Shown here: positions 22,291-34,039 of the stretch, piece by piece
Layout: the number at the start of each line of letters is the position of its first letter
Numbering within the stretch: position 1 is the first letter of the stretch
NCBI GenBank assembly: GCA_002269645.1
Contig: NIVC01002073.1
Span: forward strand, 1-64,000
Direction of reading: 5' to 3'
Source: Macrostomum lignano
Taxonomy: Eukaryota
DNA length: 64,000 nt
The notes under the pieces: model-generated
What the model saw: only the letters and a program-made list of their open reading frames with translations
What the model was told of the DNA's origin: nothing
Databases searched by the model: none
Program-made: the position numbers and the translations under genes

Positions 22291-23297
22291 AAGAGTCTAG
22301 TTTGTGAAATGTCTAGTTTGTGAAATGTCTAGTTTGTGAAATGTCTAGTTTGTGAAATGTCTAGTTTGTGAAATGTCTAGTTTGTGAAATGTCTAGTTTG
22401 TGAAATGTCTAGTTTGTGAAATGTCTAGTTTGTGAAGTGTCTAGTTTGTGAAATGTCTAGTTTGTGAAATGTCTAGTTTGTGAAATGTCTAGTTTGTGAA
22501 ATGTCTAGTTTGTGAAATGTCTAGTTTGTGAAGTGTCTAGTTTGTGAAATGTCTAGTTTGTGAAATGTCTAGTTTGTGAAATGTCTAGTTTGTGAAATGT
22601 CTAGTTTGTGAAATGTCTAGTTTGTGAAATGTCTAGTTTGTGAAGTATCTAGTTTGTGAAATGTCTAGTTTGTGAAATGTCTAGTTTGTGAAATGTCTAG
22701 TTTGTGAAATGTCTAGTTTGTGAAATGTCTAGTTTGTGAAGTATCTAGTTTGTGAAATGTCTAGTTTGTGAAATGTCTAGTTTGTGAAATGCCTAGTTTG
22801 TGGAGTGTCTAGTTTGTGAAATGTCTAGTTTGTGAATTGTCCAGTTTGTGAAGTGTCTAGTTTGTGAAATGTCTAGTTTGTGAAGTGTCTAGTTTGTGAA
22901 GTGTCTAGTTTGTGAAGTGTCTAGTTTGTGAATTGTCCAGTTTGTGAAGTGTCTAGTTTGTGAAATGTCTAGTTTGTGAAGTGTCTAGTTTGTGAAATGT
23001 CTAGTTTGTGAAGTGTCTAGTTTGTGAAATGTCTAGTTTGTGAAATGCCTAGTCTGTGAAATGTCTAGTTTGTGAATTGTCCAGTTTGTGAAGTGTCTAG
23101 TTTGTGAAGTGTCTAGTTTGTGAAGTGTCTAGTTTGTGAAATGTCTAGTTTGTGAATTGTCCAGTTTGTGAAGTGTCTAGTTTGTGAAATGTCTAGTTTG
23201 TGAAGTGTCTAGTTTGTGAAATGTCTAGTTTGTGAAGTGTCTAGTTTGTGAAATGTCTAGTTTGTGAAATGCCTAGTCTGTGAAATGTCTAGTTTGT
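22291..23297. repeat. 16-bp minisatellite (tctagtttgtgaaatg), about 63 units
   Basis: Read directly. Confidence 0.96.
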
Positions 23298-23498
23298 GTA
23301 ATATCGCGAGAAGGGATTTTCAGAAATTCCTTAAATTGCATGTACCTGGACGGTCTTGAATGATGTTAATTTCCAACTCTTGTTTTGGTCGAGCCTGAAG
23401 AAGGCATTTTTGCTAGGTCGAGACTGGAAGAGGTCCAGGGCCGACCGTGTGAAATTGAGAGCCTTTTATTTGGCTCTTCTTTTCTTTAACTACAGTAA

Positions 23499-23556
23499 AT
23501 GTGGCTGCAACTGCAGAAGGTATCCATTTACAGTGCCGGCGGCACATTTCTCACAG
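23499..23556 (+). CDS. Candidate first coding exon (MWLQLQKVSIYSAGGTFLT), possibly of the Rab11-FIP-like gene
   Basis: Strong pyrimidine tract and tacag acceptor 3 nt before the ATG; donor cag|GTGAGT, phase 1. No firm homology. Confidence 0.25.
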
Positions 23557-24064
23557 GTGAGTGAGTTGAGTAATTAGTTAATTATTTAGCCATAAAATGT
23601 GATCTAATTGCGCGTACATTTGTAAGCCTATTATATTATCGACTTTTCCGAATTGGAATCGAGAAATCTGATATTTATTAGTGTACAAACAATGATGCGA
23701 TAATTAAGGCCTAGGCGAACAACTGAGATAACTAGCAGCAGTGTACAATTGTACATGGGCCCCGGAATGTACATTTGGGAGGCTCTGTATAGGTGAGTTC
23801 TCAGTCTATTATTAGTCCTCGCATTTTCTTCACTTCCTTTCCTTTATATGTTCGCTCGTATTAATATTATTCTCTCGCTTGTTGGGGCTACGCGAAGGAG
23901 TCGTTCCCGCGCCACGCAGTTTGCGGTCGGCACGTGAGCGCATGAAAATCTCTTTCCAAGCCAAAAGCCAGACGGCCACACCCAATAGCAGTTGGCGGAT
24001 TTGGAACTGCGTGCGAGCTGAGTCAGCTTTCTCTCTCTCTGTCAGGGAGGGCGGTTTGGCTGAG

Positions 24065-25004
24065 TAGGGATTCCAAAATCCCGACATTTTACAATCCCGG
24101 GATTGAATAGTCCCGAAATCCCGATGCTGTTGAAATCCCGGGATTCAAAATCCCGGAATCCCGGTGCTTTTGCAATCCCGGGATTAAAAATCCCGGGATT
24201 CGATTCCCAAAAAAATCCCGGGATTCAAATCCCGGATTTTTGGGCCCAATCCCGGGATCCCGGGATCCCGGGATTGGAATCCCTAAATTGCTAGACGGAC
24301 TGTGCGGCGTGCCGCGTGCAGTAGTCATGGTCTCGCGACTCTCAGAGTCTCAGGGCCTTTTCATATTACCAATTCCAGAACCAGAATCGGTTCGGAATTC
24401 CAAGAAAAACAGCAGTATAACTATTAAACTCTGTTAATATTTGACTGCCTTAACAGCCTCACTTAGCACAATTTTTCACTTTCTTCTTGGCGACTGTCAT
24501 TCAATAATAAAAACTTTATAGCACGTATCTCCCTCTAGTTATGGAGACAAAAAGTTTATACTTCACAAATTGGTTCTTGTTCTGGAACCAGAGCAAGCAA
24601 TATGAAAAGGCCCTCAGTCTCGTCTCGTGGTAGAAAACGAAAAAAAGTTAAAATTATCTATCATTTACAGTTCACATTAACAATTTTTAGCTCAATTAGG
24701 ACAGGAGCTTTGCAAATGTTTAACGTTTCATTGAGAAACAGCAAAAACAAATAAATGTTTTATTATTCAAATAAACGTTTAGACTTTAAATTATCTAATT
24801 TAGGCATTGAAAGGTCGTTCTAATCCCGGACCAATCCCGGGATTAAGGCCTTGAAATCCCGGGATCCCGATCCCGGTCTTTTGCAATCCCGGGATTAAAA
24901 ATCCCGGGATTCGATTCCCAAAAAAATCCCGGGATTCAAATCCCGGATTTTTGGCCCCAATCCCGGGATCCCGGGATCCCGGGATCCCGGGATTGGAATC
25001 CCTA
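24065..25004. mobile_element. Non-autonomous hAT-type DNA transposon, 940 bp
   Basis: 12-bp TIRs TAGGGATTCCAA (24065) / TTGGAATCCCTA (24993-25004); perfect 8-bp TSD TGGCTGAG at 24057-24064 and 25005-25012; many subterminal atcccgggat palindromes; no transposase ORF. Confidence 0.85.
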
Positions 25005-25274
25005 TGGCTGAGTAAATCGACACATGCGGTAACGTAATATAAGCTCGAATGTATTGAATTTTATGCTTTAACTCAGCCTTAGGGGAAACTCGAAGATTGT
25101 CCACTGGATTCGGCCCGTTTTTATTCATTAATTAGGAATTCTATTGCGTCAATCGACCGGACCGGACCGGAAGTATAAGGTAAAATGCTGCACTATTGAC
25201 TATTGAGTATTGTAGTTTCTTTGCGCATAACGATTAGGCTTTTTTACTCGAGGTAACTGATGAGAATAAAAGAT

Positions 25275-25854
25275 GCCTATTAACCCATAGACAGGCTAGA
25301 CTAGCAATCCATTTTCAATGCCTATTAACCCATAAACAGGCTAGACTAGCAATCCATTTTCAATGCCTATTAACCCATAGACAGGCTAGACTAGCAATCC
25401 ATTTTCAATGCCTACTATACCCATAGACAGGCTAGACTAGCAATCCATTTTCAATGCCTATTAACCCATAAACAGGCTAGACTAGCAATCCATTTTCAAT
25501 GCCTATTAACCCATAGACAGGCTAGACTAGCAATCCATTTTCAATGCCTATTAACCCATAGACAGGCTAGACTAGCAATCCATTTTCAATGCCTATTAAC
25601 CCATAAACAGGCTAGACTAGCAATCCATTTTCAATGCCTATTAACCCATAGACAGGCTAGACTAGCAATCCATTTTCAATGCCTATTAACCCATAAACAG
25701 GCTAGACTAGCAATCCATTTTCAATGCCTATTAACCCATAAACAGGCTAGACTAGCAATCCATTTTCAATGCCTATTAACCCATAGACAGGCTAGACTAG
25801 CAATCCATTTTCAATGCCTACTATACCCATAGACAGGCTAGACTAGCAATCCAT
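25275..25854. repeat. 45-bp minisatellite (gcctattaacccatagacaggctagactagcaatccattttcaat), about 13 units
   Basis: Read directly; units abut with no unique spacers. Confidence 0.95.
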
Positions 25855-26040
25855 GCGTAGACAGGAGACACAGGGTCCCGAACCTCGAGTAAATTTAATT
25901 TTTTTCAGTAAACTCCTAGCTATTAAACTTCTAGATATAGTGTATTGTGTACATGCTTCCATTGTTAGCACGTGTAGCGACCTAGGTGATCCCCAGACTG
26001 AACTGACCGACCCCTTAGGGCCCTAGTCTGGTTTTGAACC

Positions 26041-26752
26041 TCCTAGACTGATGTGACCCCCAGACTGATGTGACCCCCAGACTGATGTGACCCCCAGACT
26101 GATGTGACCCCCAGACTGATGTGACCTCCAGACTGATGTGACCCCCAGACTGATGTGACCTCCAGACTGATGTGACCCCCAGACTGATGTGACCCCCAGA
26201 CTGATGTGACCCCCAGACTGATGTGACCCCCAGACTAGTTTGACCCCCAGACTGATGTGACCCCCAGACTGGTTTGACCCCCAGACTGATGTGACCCCCA
26301 GACTAGTTTGACCCCCAGACTGATGTGACCCCCAGACTAGTTTGACCCCCAGACTGATGTGACCTCCAGACTGATGTGACCCCCAGACTGATGTGACCCC
26401 CAGACTGATGTGACCCCCAGACTGATGTGACCCCCAGACTGATGTGACCCCCAGACTGATGTGACCCCCAGACTGATGTGACAACAGACTGGTTTGACCC
26501 CCAGACTAGTTTGACCCCCAGACTGATGTGACCCCCAGACTGATGTGACCCCCAGACTGATGTGACCCCCAGACTGATGTGACCCCAGACTGATGTGACC
26601 CCCAGACTGATGTGACCCCCAGACTGATGTGACCCCCAGACTGATGTGACCCCCAGACTGATGTGACCCCCAGACTGATGTGACCCCCAGACTGATGTGA
26701 CCCCCAGACTAGTTTGACCCCCAGACTGATGTGACCCCCAGACTAGTTTGAC
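26041..26752. repeat. 17-bp minisatellite (cccccagactgatgtga)
   Basis: Read directly. Confidence 0.95.
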
Positions 26753-27369
26753 CAGCCAGAATGAGGCGTTGGCATTCGAGCCTTGCAATACCATATTATC
26801 AATAAAGCATTAAAAATGGCCTGAGCTCATGGCCTCTGACATCAGAGCATGAATTATTAAAAAATTAGTTCGCTGCACAAAAAGCCCAGGTCTACCCCAG
26901 GGTCGAAGTCTCCATTAGCTCCACTTACAGCAGGAGCTATTAATTTGCATATTTTTCATTCTCTATAGCATTCGCTTCTTCGCATAAGTGAACGAGTCTA
27001 TAGTTGTCCTGGAAGTGCGGCTTGCTGATCCCAGGAGCCTGTCTGGGGCTATCACTGTAGACAGACAAAATTTTTTTGCTAATTTGTATTGCTTCATTTT
27101 CAATATCTCTGCGTATAAGCAAGCAATTGAGCTGACAGAAAAATCTGCTTGGTCTGTTGCTGCATGGCGTGGAGTAGCTGGTAGCTAGCGGCGCTATTGG
27201 GTTGTTTTGGGTGTGTTTGCTGCGTTGCCTTGGCTGTGCTGCTAGTCATGTAGCTTGTCTTTTGCTTGTTGGTGATGCTGTCTGTTCTGCTTGTTGTGTT
27301 GTTTTGGTGTTTTTTTGTTTTGTTTGTGATTTTGTATCGTTGGATACGCTGTTTGTTTTGTTGGTTATG

Positions 27370-27730
27370 CTGATGTGTTGTTAGTTGTGCTGTTTGTTTT
27401 GTTGTTTCTCCTGATGTGTTGTTAGTTGTGCTGTTTGTTTTGTTGTTTCTCCTGATGTGTTGTTAGTTGTGCTGTTTGTTTTGTTGTTTATACTGATGTG
27501 TTGTTAGTTGTGCTTTTGTTTTGTTGGTTATGATGATGTGTTGTTAGTTGTGCTGTTTGTTTTGTTGGTTATGATGATGTGTTGTTAGTTGTGCTGTTTG
27601 TTTTGTTGTTTCTCCTGATGTGTTGTTAGTTGTGCTGTTTGTTTTGTTGTTTATACTGATGTGTTGTTACTCGTAGTTGTGCTGTTTGTTTTGTTGTTTA
27701 TACTGATGTGTTGTTAGTTGTGATGTTTTT
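27370..27730. repeat. About 41-bp GT-rich minisatellite
   Basis: tgatgtgttgttagttgtgctgtttgttttgttgtttctcc units. Confidence 0.9.
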
Positions 27731-27858
27731 TTGGTTGTGCTGTAGCGTTGTCATGAGATGTTTTTGATTTTTAAGTTTGATATAAAATACAAAAACTTTG
27801 CTAAGATTCGAACTCGCGACCTCTAGCCGTTCTGTCTGTCAAAACGCAACTATTTCAG

Positions 27859-28337
27859 ATTCCAGCCTCTCCAAGTCAATGCGCCACAGCTCGATTCGTC
27901 ATCAGTCACAGACGTCGCCAGCCGCGGTAGCCGACGCCGCTGATAGCTCTTGCGGCGACTCCGGCATCTCCGGAGCCTCCGGCTGCGCCTCGCCAACCCA
28001 GGGTCTTCGCTGCTCCCAGCAGCAGCAACAGCCGCTGCTCTCGGACGGCTGGCAGTTCCACGCCATGGCGATGTCAGCCATCAGCGAGCTGCCCTCGCCG
28101 CTGCCGACTTCAACGACGCCAAACTCCCCAACAACGGCGGCGTCGGCGGCGGCTACCGCTGCATCCTCGCGACTCACTCAGAGCGTCAGCTACGGGCGCG
28201 GCGCGTCGGCGCAGGCCCGGCGGCAGGCGCTGGCGCACAGCCTGGCTATGCTGAGCCACGAGACCCGCACCAAGCAGAAGGAGCTGGACAGGCGGGAGCT
28301 CGAGGTCCAGGAAGCCACGGCCAAGGCTACCGAGCAG
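27859..28337 (+). CDS. Rab11-FIP-like coiled-coil protein, internal exon (S/A-rich linker into coiled coil)
   Basis: tttcag|AT acceptor (phase 1), GC-rich coding-like codons, cag|GTGGG donor (phase 0) joining in frame to 30339. Confidence 0.75.
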
Positions 28338-28374
28338 GTGGGCTCGTGAACCGCTGCTCACATCCCATCTGTCT

Positions 28375-28618
28375 GACTGATCGCTCCCTCCGATCCCCTC
28401 TCTCCGACCCGCTCCCTCTGATCCCCTCTCTCCGACCCGCTCCCTCTGATCCCCTCTCTCCGACCCGCTCCCTCTGATCCCCTCTCTCCGACCCGCTCCC
28501 TCTGATCCCCTCTCTCCGACCCGCTCCCTCTGATCCCCTCTCTCCGACCCGCTCCCTCTGATCCCCTCTCTCCGACCCGCTCCCTCTGATCCCCTCTCTC
28601 CGACCCGCTCCCTCTGAT

Positions 28619-28702
<84 letters not shown>
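28375..28702. repeat. 28-bp minisatellite (tccctctgatcccctctctccgacccgc) followed by (CT)n
   Basis: Begins about 37 nt into the intron. Confidence 0.93.
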
Positions 28703-28703
<1 letters not shown>

Positions 28704-29494
28704 ATATCAATATGTATCAAATGTATGTAATTATTATAACAAAGTTTGGAATATATTATTAGTATGTAACTACGAACAAACAGTTCACAAAATGTCACTT
28801 AACATCTTCCGAGCCATTGATGTATCTACGAGCTATCTACTAAGGTAATTGCTGAAAAATTATCTTTTTGGTATCTTCGAGCCCAGCGCTTCGAAAACAT
28901 ATCCAGAGAGCGCGCGCATTTAATGTCGTGATGAAGTTGCTATGTAAAGAATATACTTAAGGTGAGAAGGTATTTAGCCAGAATTTTAGCAACAAAAAAT
29001 TGAGACCTCATTTTATGTAGGCAATCTGCATTTTCAGCAACATTTTGGTCCAAATCCTTTCGCGCGAGTCTTTGACGCATGTCTCTTACAATAGCAATTG
29101 GAGAACCAAATTTGGAAATGGCGAATAACTGCATAGGGAAAAGCACACAATAAATTGGCTATTTGCGAAGACGTGCCAAGCAAGATAAAGTCGAAGCTTT
29201 ATCGCCTGTTGCAGAAAGCCAGAGCATTAAGTCACGCACGAGTACTCAATATAAACAGCTAATCTACGGATGAATGATTTATAGAGCGGCTTAGGTTTGA
29301 GACAAGCATTGTGCAAAGAGGATTTTTGTGACTTCCGTTGGCCTTGATTGGCTCTTGTATTTTACTGTGATGTTTCCGTCCTTTTCATTATTCCCTTCTC
29401 AGTGCTTGCCTCCCCTTTCTCTCTTCCTGTCTGTCCCTCACTCTGTCGGCTTCTCTCTCTCTCTCCCCACCTACTCTCCCTGTCTCTAACACCC

Positions 29495-30085
29495 TTTCTC
29501 TCTCCATCTGTCTCCCTCTCCCCCATTCTCTCTCCATCTGTCTCCCTCTCCTCCTTTCTCTCTCCATCTGTCTCCCTCTCCCCCATTCTCTCTCCATCTG
29601 TCTCCCTCTCCCCCATTCTCTCTCCATCTGTCTCCCTCTCCCCCTTTCTCTCTCCATCTGTCTCCCTCTCCCCCTTTCTCTCTCCATCTGTCTCCCTCTC
29701 CCCATTCTCTCTCCATCTGTCTCCCTCTCCCCCTTTCTCTCTCCATCTGTCTCCCTCTCCCCCATTCTCTCTCCATCTGTCTCCCTCTCCCCCATTCTCT
29801 CTCCATCTGTCTCCCTCTCCCCCATTCTCTCTCCATCTGTCTCCCTCTTCTCCTTTCTCTCTCTATCTGTCTCCCTCTCCCCCATTCTCTCTCCATCTGT
29901 CTCCCTCTCCCCCTTTCTCTCTCCATCTGTCTCCCTCTCCCCCTTTCTCTCTCCATCTGTCTCCCTCTCCCCCTTTCTCTCTCCATCTGTCTCCCTCTCC
30001 CCCATTCTCTCTCCATCTGTCTCCCTCTCCCCCTTTCTCTCTCTATCTGTCTCCCTCTCCCCCTTTCTCTCTCCATCTGTCTCCC
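29495..30085. repeat. 29-30-bp CT-rich minisatellite (ccccattctctctccatctgtctccctctc)
   Basis: Read directly. Confidence 0.93.
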
Positions 30086-30338
30086 CCTCCCTCTCTCTCT
30101 CCAACTACCCTCTCACTGTCTCTAGCTCTCATTCTCTCTCTATCTGTCTCCCTCTCTCCGACATGATCACTGCTCCCTACGAGTATATCCCCCATTCCCA
30201 TCTTGAGCAGTACATTTCTCCAAGTCAAGCATACCTGTCCATTTTGAGCAACAATTGTAGAAACAAACATTGATTTAAACTCACTGATGAGCACCAAAGC
30301 GTCATCTACAATAATAACCTCCCTAACTGCCGTCGCAG

Positions 30339-30572
30339 ATCGAGTATGTGCTCAAGATGTCGGACAAAGCGCACAAACTCGAGGACGAGAATGCTCAGCT
30401 ACGCAGCCAGCTCGAACTGTGCAAATCAGAGATCAGCAATCTGCTAGACGAACTGCAGCAGCGGGAGGCCGAACTACAGGAGCGAGACGACTACTGCCAA
30501 GAGCTGCGGCAGCAGCTGGGCAGGTCGCAGCAGGACATCGCCCAGATACGGAGCTGCGCTGATCAGCTCAAG
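30339..30572 (+). CDS. Rab11-FIP-like protein, coiled-coil exon
   Basis: gcag|ATC GAG TAT...CTC AAG|gtgcg; 78 codons, phase 0-0; heptad-rich (LEDENAQLRSQLELCKSEISNLLDELQQREAELQ). Confidence 0.8.
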
Positions 30573-30996
30573 GTGCGCCTTAGGCAGCTGGCTCACATAT
30601 AACTAACAATCTGTCTGATTCTCTGTGCTGCTCTGCCTGCAAGCTCACTGCTTTCCCCTACTGACTTCTCCTGACCCCTATTGCCTTCATTCCTGACCCC
30701 GACTGCTTTATCCTGACCCCTATCGATTTCTCCTGACCCCTATCGATTTCTGCTGACCCCTATCGATTTCTTCTGACCCCTATCGATTTGTCTTATCCAT
30801 TTACGTTAATTTAAATGTAGACCTTTGCAAAACCCTGCAGAATCCTGAAACCCTATCAAACTCTCTGACCTTCAATTCATCAACACTGAGCCCATTCCCA
30901 TTCCTCACTAACCTTCTCTATTTTCCAAAGACATTCTATCGCCACTGACCACTTCTGACCTTGAAATGACCTGCCACTCACCCGCAATCGAATCAG

Positions 30997-31764
30997 GTGG
31001 AAAACTCAGTTTTAAACGACACCTGCCGAGCGGTTGAAGGCCTGCCGCGGTCGGACTCCGAGGAGGCCGAACTGGAGCAGCTCCGGCTGACCAATCAGAG
31101 GCTGCAGCGGCAGCTGGCGCAGGCGGATACTGAGACCTCCGGGCTGCTGGCTCAGATGCAGCAGCTCCAGCAGCAGCTTCAACAGCAGCAGCAGCAGCAA
31201 CAGCAAGAGCGGCAGGCTTCTGCCGACCAAACAGGCGGCGACTCTCGCAGCAAGCGCGAATTGCTGCAGACAATCCGGCGCCTGGTTGAAGAGAAGATGG
31301 CCTGGGAGGCCTACTGCGCCAGGCTGCTGCGCCGGGCTGTGGAATGCGCGCCTCAGCTGCTGCTGGCCCGCCCAGATGGCCGCGAGGACGAGCGCCGGAT
31401 GGAATTGACGGCGGAGAGCCGCTGGGAGGCCGCCTTCAGCGCGCTGTTCCGGACCGTCATGCAGAAGGACCCCCGCCTGGTCGACGGCCTCTCGCTGCCT
31501 TCGCCGTCTTCGCATCCGGTTTCTCCGCCCCCGCGCTGCTCGCTGCGGCCGCCTCGAGCGTCCACTTCCTCGTCAGCGTCGGCCGGCTCGTCTTCGTCAA
31601 TTGCAGCGGCGACGACGACGACTCAGTCGGCATCGTCGTCGACTCGACGACTCCAGCCCAGGCCGATTTTGCCGCCGACGATGCGCTCCGCCAGGCAGCC
31701 CGCGCCCGCGCCAATGACGGCGCCGGGTCAATTGAAGCTGCAACCGGCCAGAAACGTGATCTGA
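30997..31764 (+). CDS. Rab11-FIP-like protein, last exon: coiled coil, two FIP-RBD-like motifs, S/P-rich tail
   Basis: atcag|GTG acceptor in phase 0. SKRELLQTIRRLVEEKMAWEAYCARLLRRAVECAPQLL aligns without gaps to the recalled FIP3-type RBD (SRDELMEAIQKQEEINFRLQDYIDRIIVAIMETNPSIL). Confidence 0.7.
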   Translation: MENSVLNDTCRAVEGLPRSDSEEAELEQLRLTNQRLQRQLAQADTETSGLLAQMQQLQQQLQQQQQQQQQERQASADQTGGDSRSKRELLQTIRRLVEEKMAWEAYCARLLRRAVECAPQLLLARPDGREDERRMELTAESRWEAAFSALFRTVMQKDPRLVDGLSLPSPSSHPVSPPPRCSLRPPRASTSSSASAGSSSSIAAATTTTQSASSSTRRLQPRPILPPTMRSARQPAPAPMTAPGQLKLQPARNVI

Positions 31765-34039
31765 CATCCGCGCGTCGACTTTCCTGACATTCCTGTTGTT
31801 GTCTGACATCCGCGCGTCGACTTTCCTGACATTCCTGTTGTTTCCTGACATACTTGACTTGATGTTGTCTGACATACTTTGTGATACTGTCTGACACCAT
31901 TTAGGATACATTCGGAATCCAGTTATTTCTGTCTAACATCTTACTGATGGTGTCTGACATCGAAAATGTATTCCGACATGCTTTATGTTGTCTGACATCG
32001 TGAGATATATCGCATGCCTGACATTCTCCTACTGCCTTGTCTGTAATTGGCATCCAGTATGCCGTGCAGACTTACTGGCCAGATAATGTCTAGAACTTCT
32101 GACATATCACCCATCTCTGGCACGCCTTGACAAACGTTCGAAGGAACAATCCGCTTCCCAGTAGAAGTCGTGAGAACTATAGCGCTCTCTGCATTTTGAT
32201 TGGGTTCTCCAGCTGAACTCACAAGTTTCTATATATATTAATTGCAATAGTATTCAGCTGTCTTATTGATTTTTTTCTATGGAAATTTGCCATATTCAAC
32301 AATAATCCGAGAGTTCATTTAGTAAGGTTATATTAATGCTCAATAATTCTTGTATTGTATTTTAATATACACAGCCTCCATTATTTTAATTCGTAACAGT
32401 TAATTTGTTATGATATGAAATTAAGTTTGTTATACAAGTAATTATATAGCAAAAGCGCTTAGCGTATAAAAATTATCATATAAAATATATGGAAAATATG
32501 CTGCCTGTTGAGAAGAAACATGCGTACTTGAACTTTGTCGTTTACTGGATGCCGAATGATAGGCTGCAGAGGACTGAAACAGGCGTTTTCTCTGCGGCCC
32601 TTCCATTATTACTGTAGCAGTAGTAAGCCCAGCAACCCCAAGAGAGGATTTACCATAGACAGTCTCTCGGCGGGCGTCAACTGATTACCAGTAGAACTAA
32701 ATCATCTGGTGCCATCTGCTGAAGGTGCCGGCAATTTCGGGGTTGATGTTTGAGAGCTTGAGAGACTAGCTGAGAATGTCCAGCAGTTGAGGTTTGGTTC
32801 ATCGTTTAAGCTTGATCAGTGAAGCTAGATAAATCCGCAATAAAGTGCCCATAGTGACCTAGTGCCACCTGTTGAAGGTCCAGAAGCTCTCCGCTCCGAC
32901 TCGGGCCCTCGGTGAAGGCCAGTGACCAACGAAGTCAGAGCTGATGCAGACATATGATTGACGTGCAGATGAAATTTGGAGGCTTGGCAAGGCTGCACTG
33001 AGGGGCAGTGCTGATTGGCGTACAGGGGCTGTATTGAATACACTGGCGCTTATGGGAAAAAACTGACTTTCTAATAGAATCGTTGAATTATCTCGACTGC
33101 CCAAAGGGCTGGCGACTTGATTCTTGTTTGAGAAGGTGTGCTTGAATTTCGTGTGCCTGCCTGCGTTGCTTCATTCCGGCGCAGCAAAAAATCCCCCCCC
33201 CCCAGGTAGTTCGATGGTTAACTTTTTAACCCCTCCAGGTTAAAGAAACAAAGGTGTCAGATCATTACATACAAAAGCAATAATTCCCAATAGTTGAGTG
33301 TATATAAAATTGACAAGAATAAAAGTGACACTTCATAGTGCAGAGATAACATATATTTTATGGATGGTATTATTGCATAGCATACAATGCGCACAAGGCT
33401 TGCTTGCACATAAATTTAACAAAATTAACACAGGAAATAAACAACTGAGTAAGCATTTAAAAAGCAAGAGAAATCAAACTGAAAAAGGCGTTACAAAATA
33501 CGCACGCTAGCAGCAAATACTACTAAATAGCAATACGAGTAGTTAGTAGTAAGAATTGAAGAAAAAACTGCGTGGCTGATAATGCAAAAAATTGGGAAGA
33601 AAACAAGCGATACAAAGGCTATTAGAGTGTTTATAACAACAAGAAAACCAGGTTAAACAAGAGCTCAGAGCCATCAAGTCTCAAGCCAGCCAAATGTCAT
33701 CGGCACAGGAGAACCAACCCATCACAGCTGAATGCAGTCATAGACTGGGCTCCGGCAGCTGTGCATTTCGGTGAAAGCACCAAAGTGGCTAGTTTCAATG
33801 CAATATACAATTGATAGAAACTAACATAAAAAAGCGATTGCTATAATAAACATAAGGGTTGACTCAATCGCCACACACACAGCATGCGTTAAGAGTAAAA
33901 TATAGTGCTTTTGTGTAAAAAGGAAGAACAAAAATAGCTTAACGTCATGCCGAAATTGTAAAACATGCTGACAGAGCTTTGCGTGAATGATTGCCTGAGG
34001 CATCAGTGTTTATTCACGCATGGGATCACGATTCACACA

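Noticed and set aside
25275-25854. CRISPR-like appearance of the 45-, 40-, 30- and 60-bp arrays
   Set aside because: Units are head-to-tail with no unique spacers, there are no cas genes, and the context is eukaryotic.
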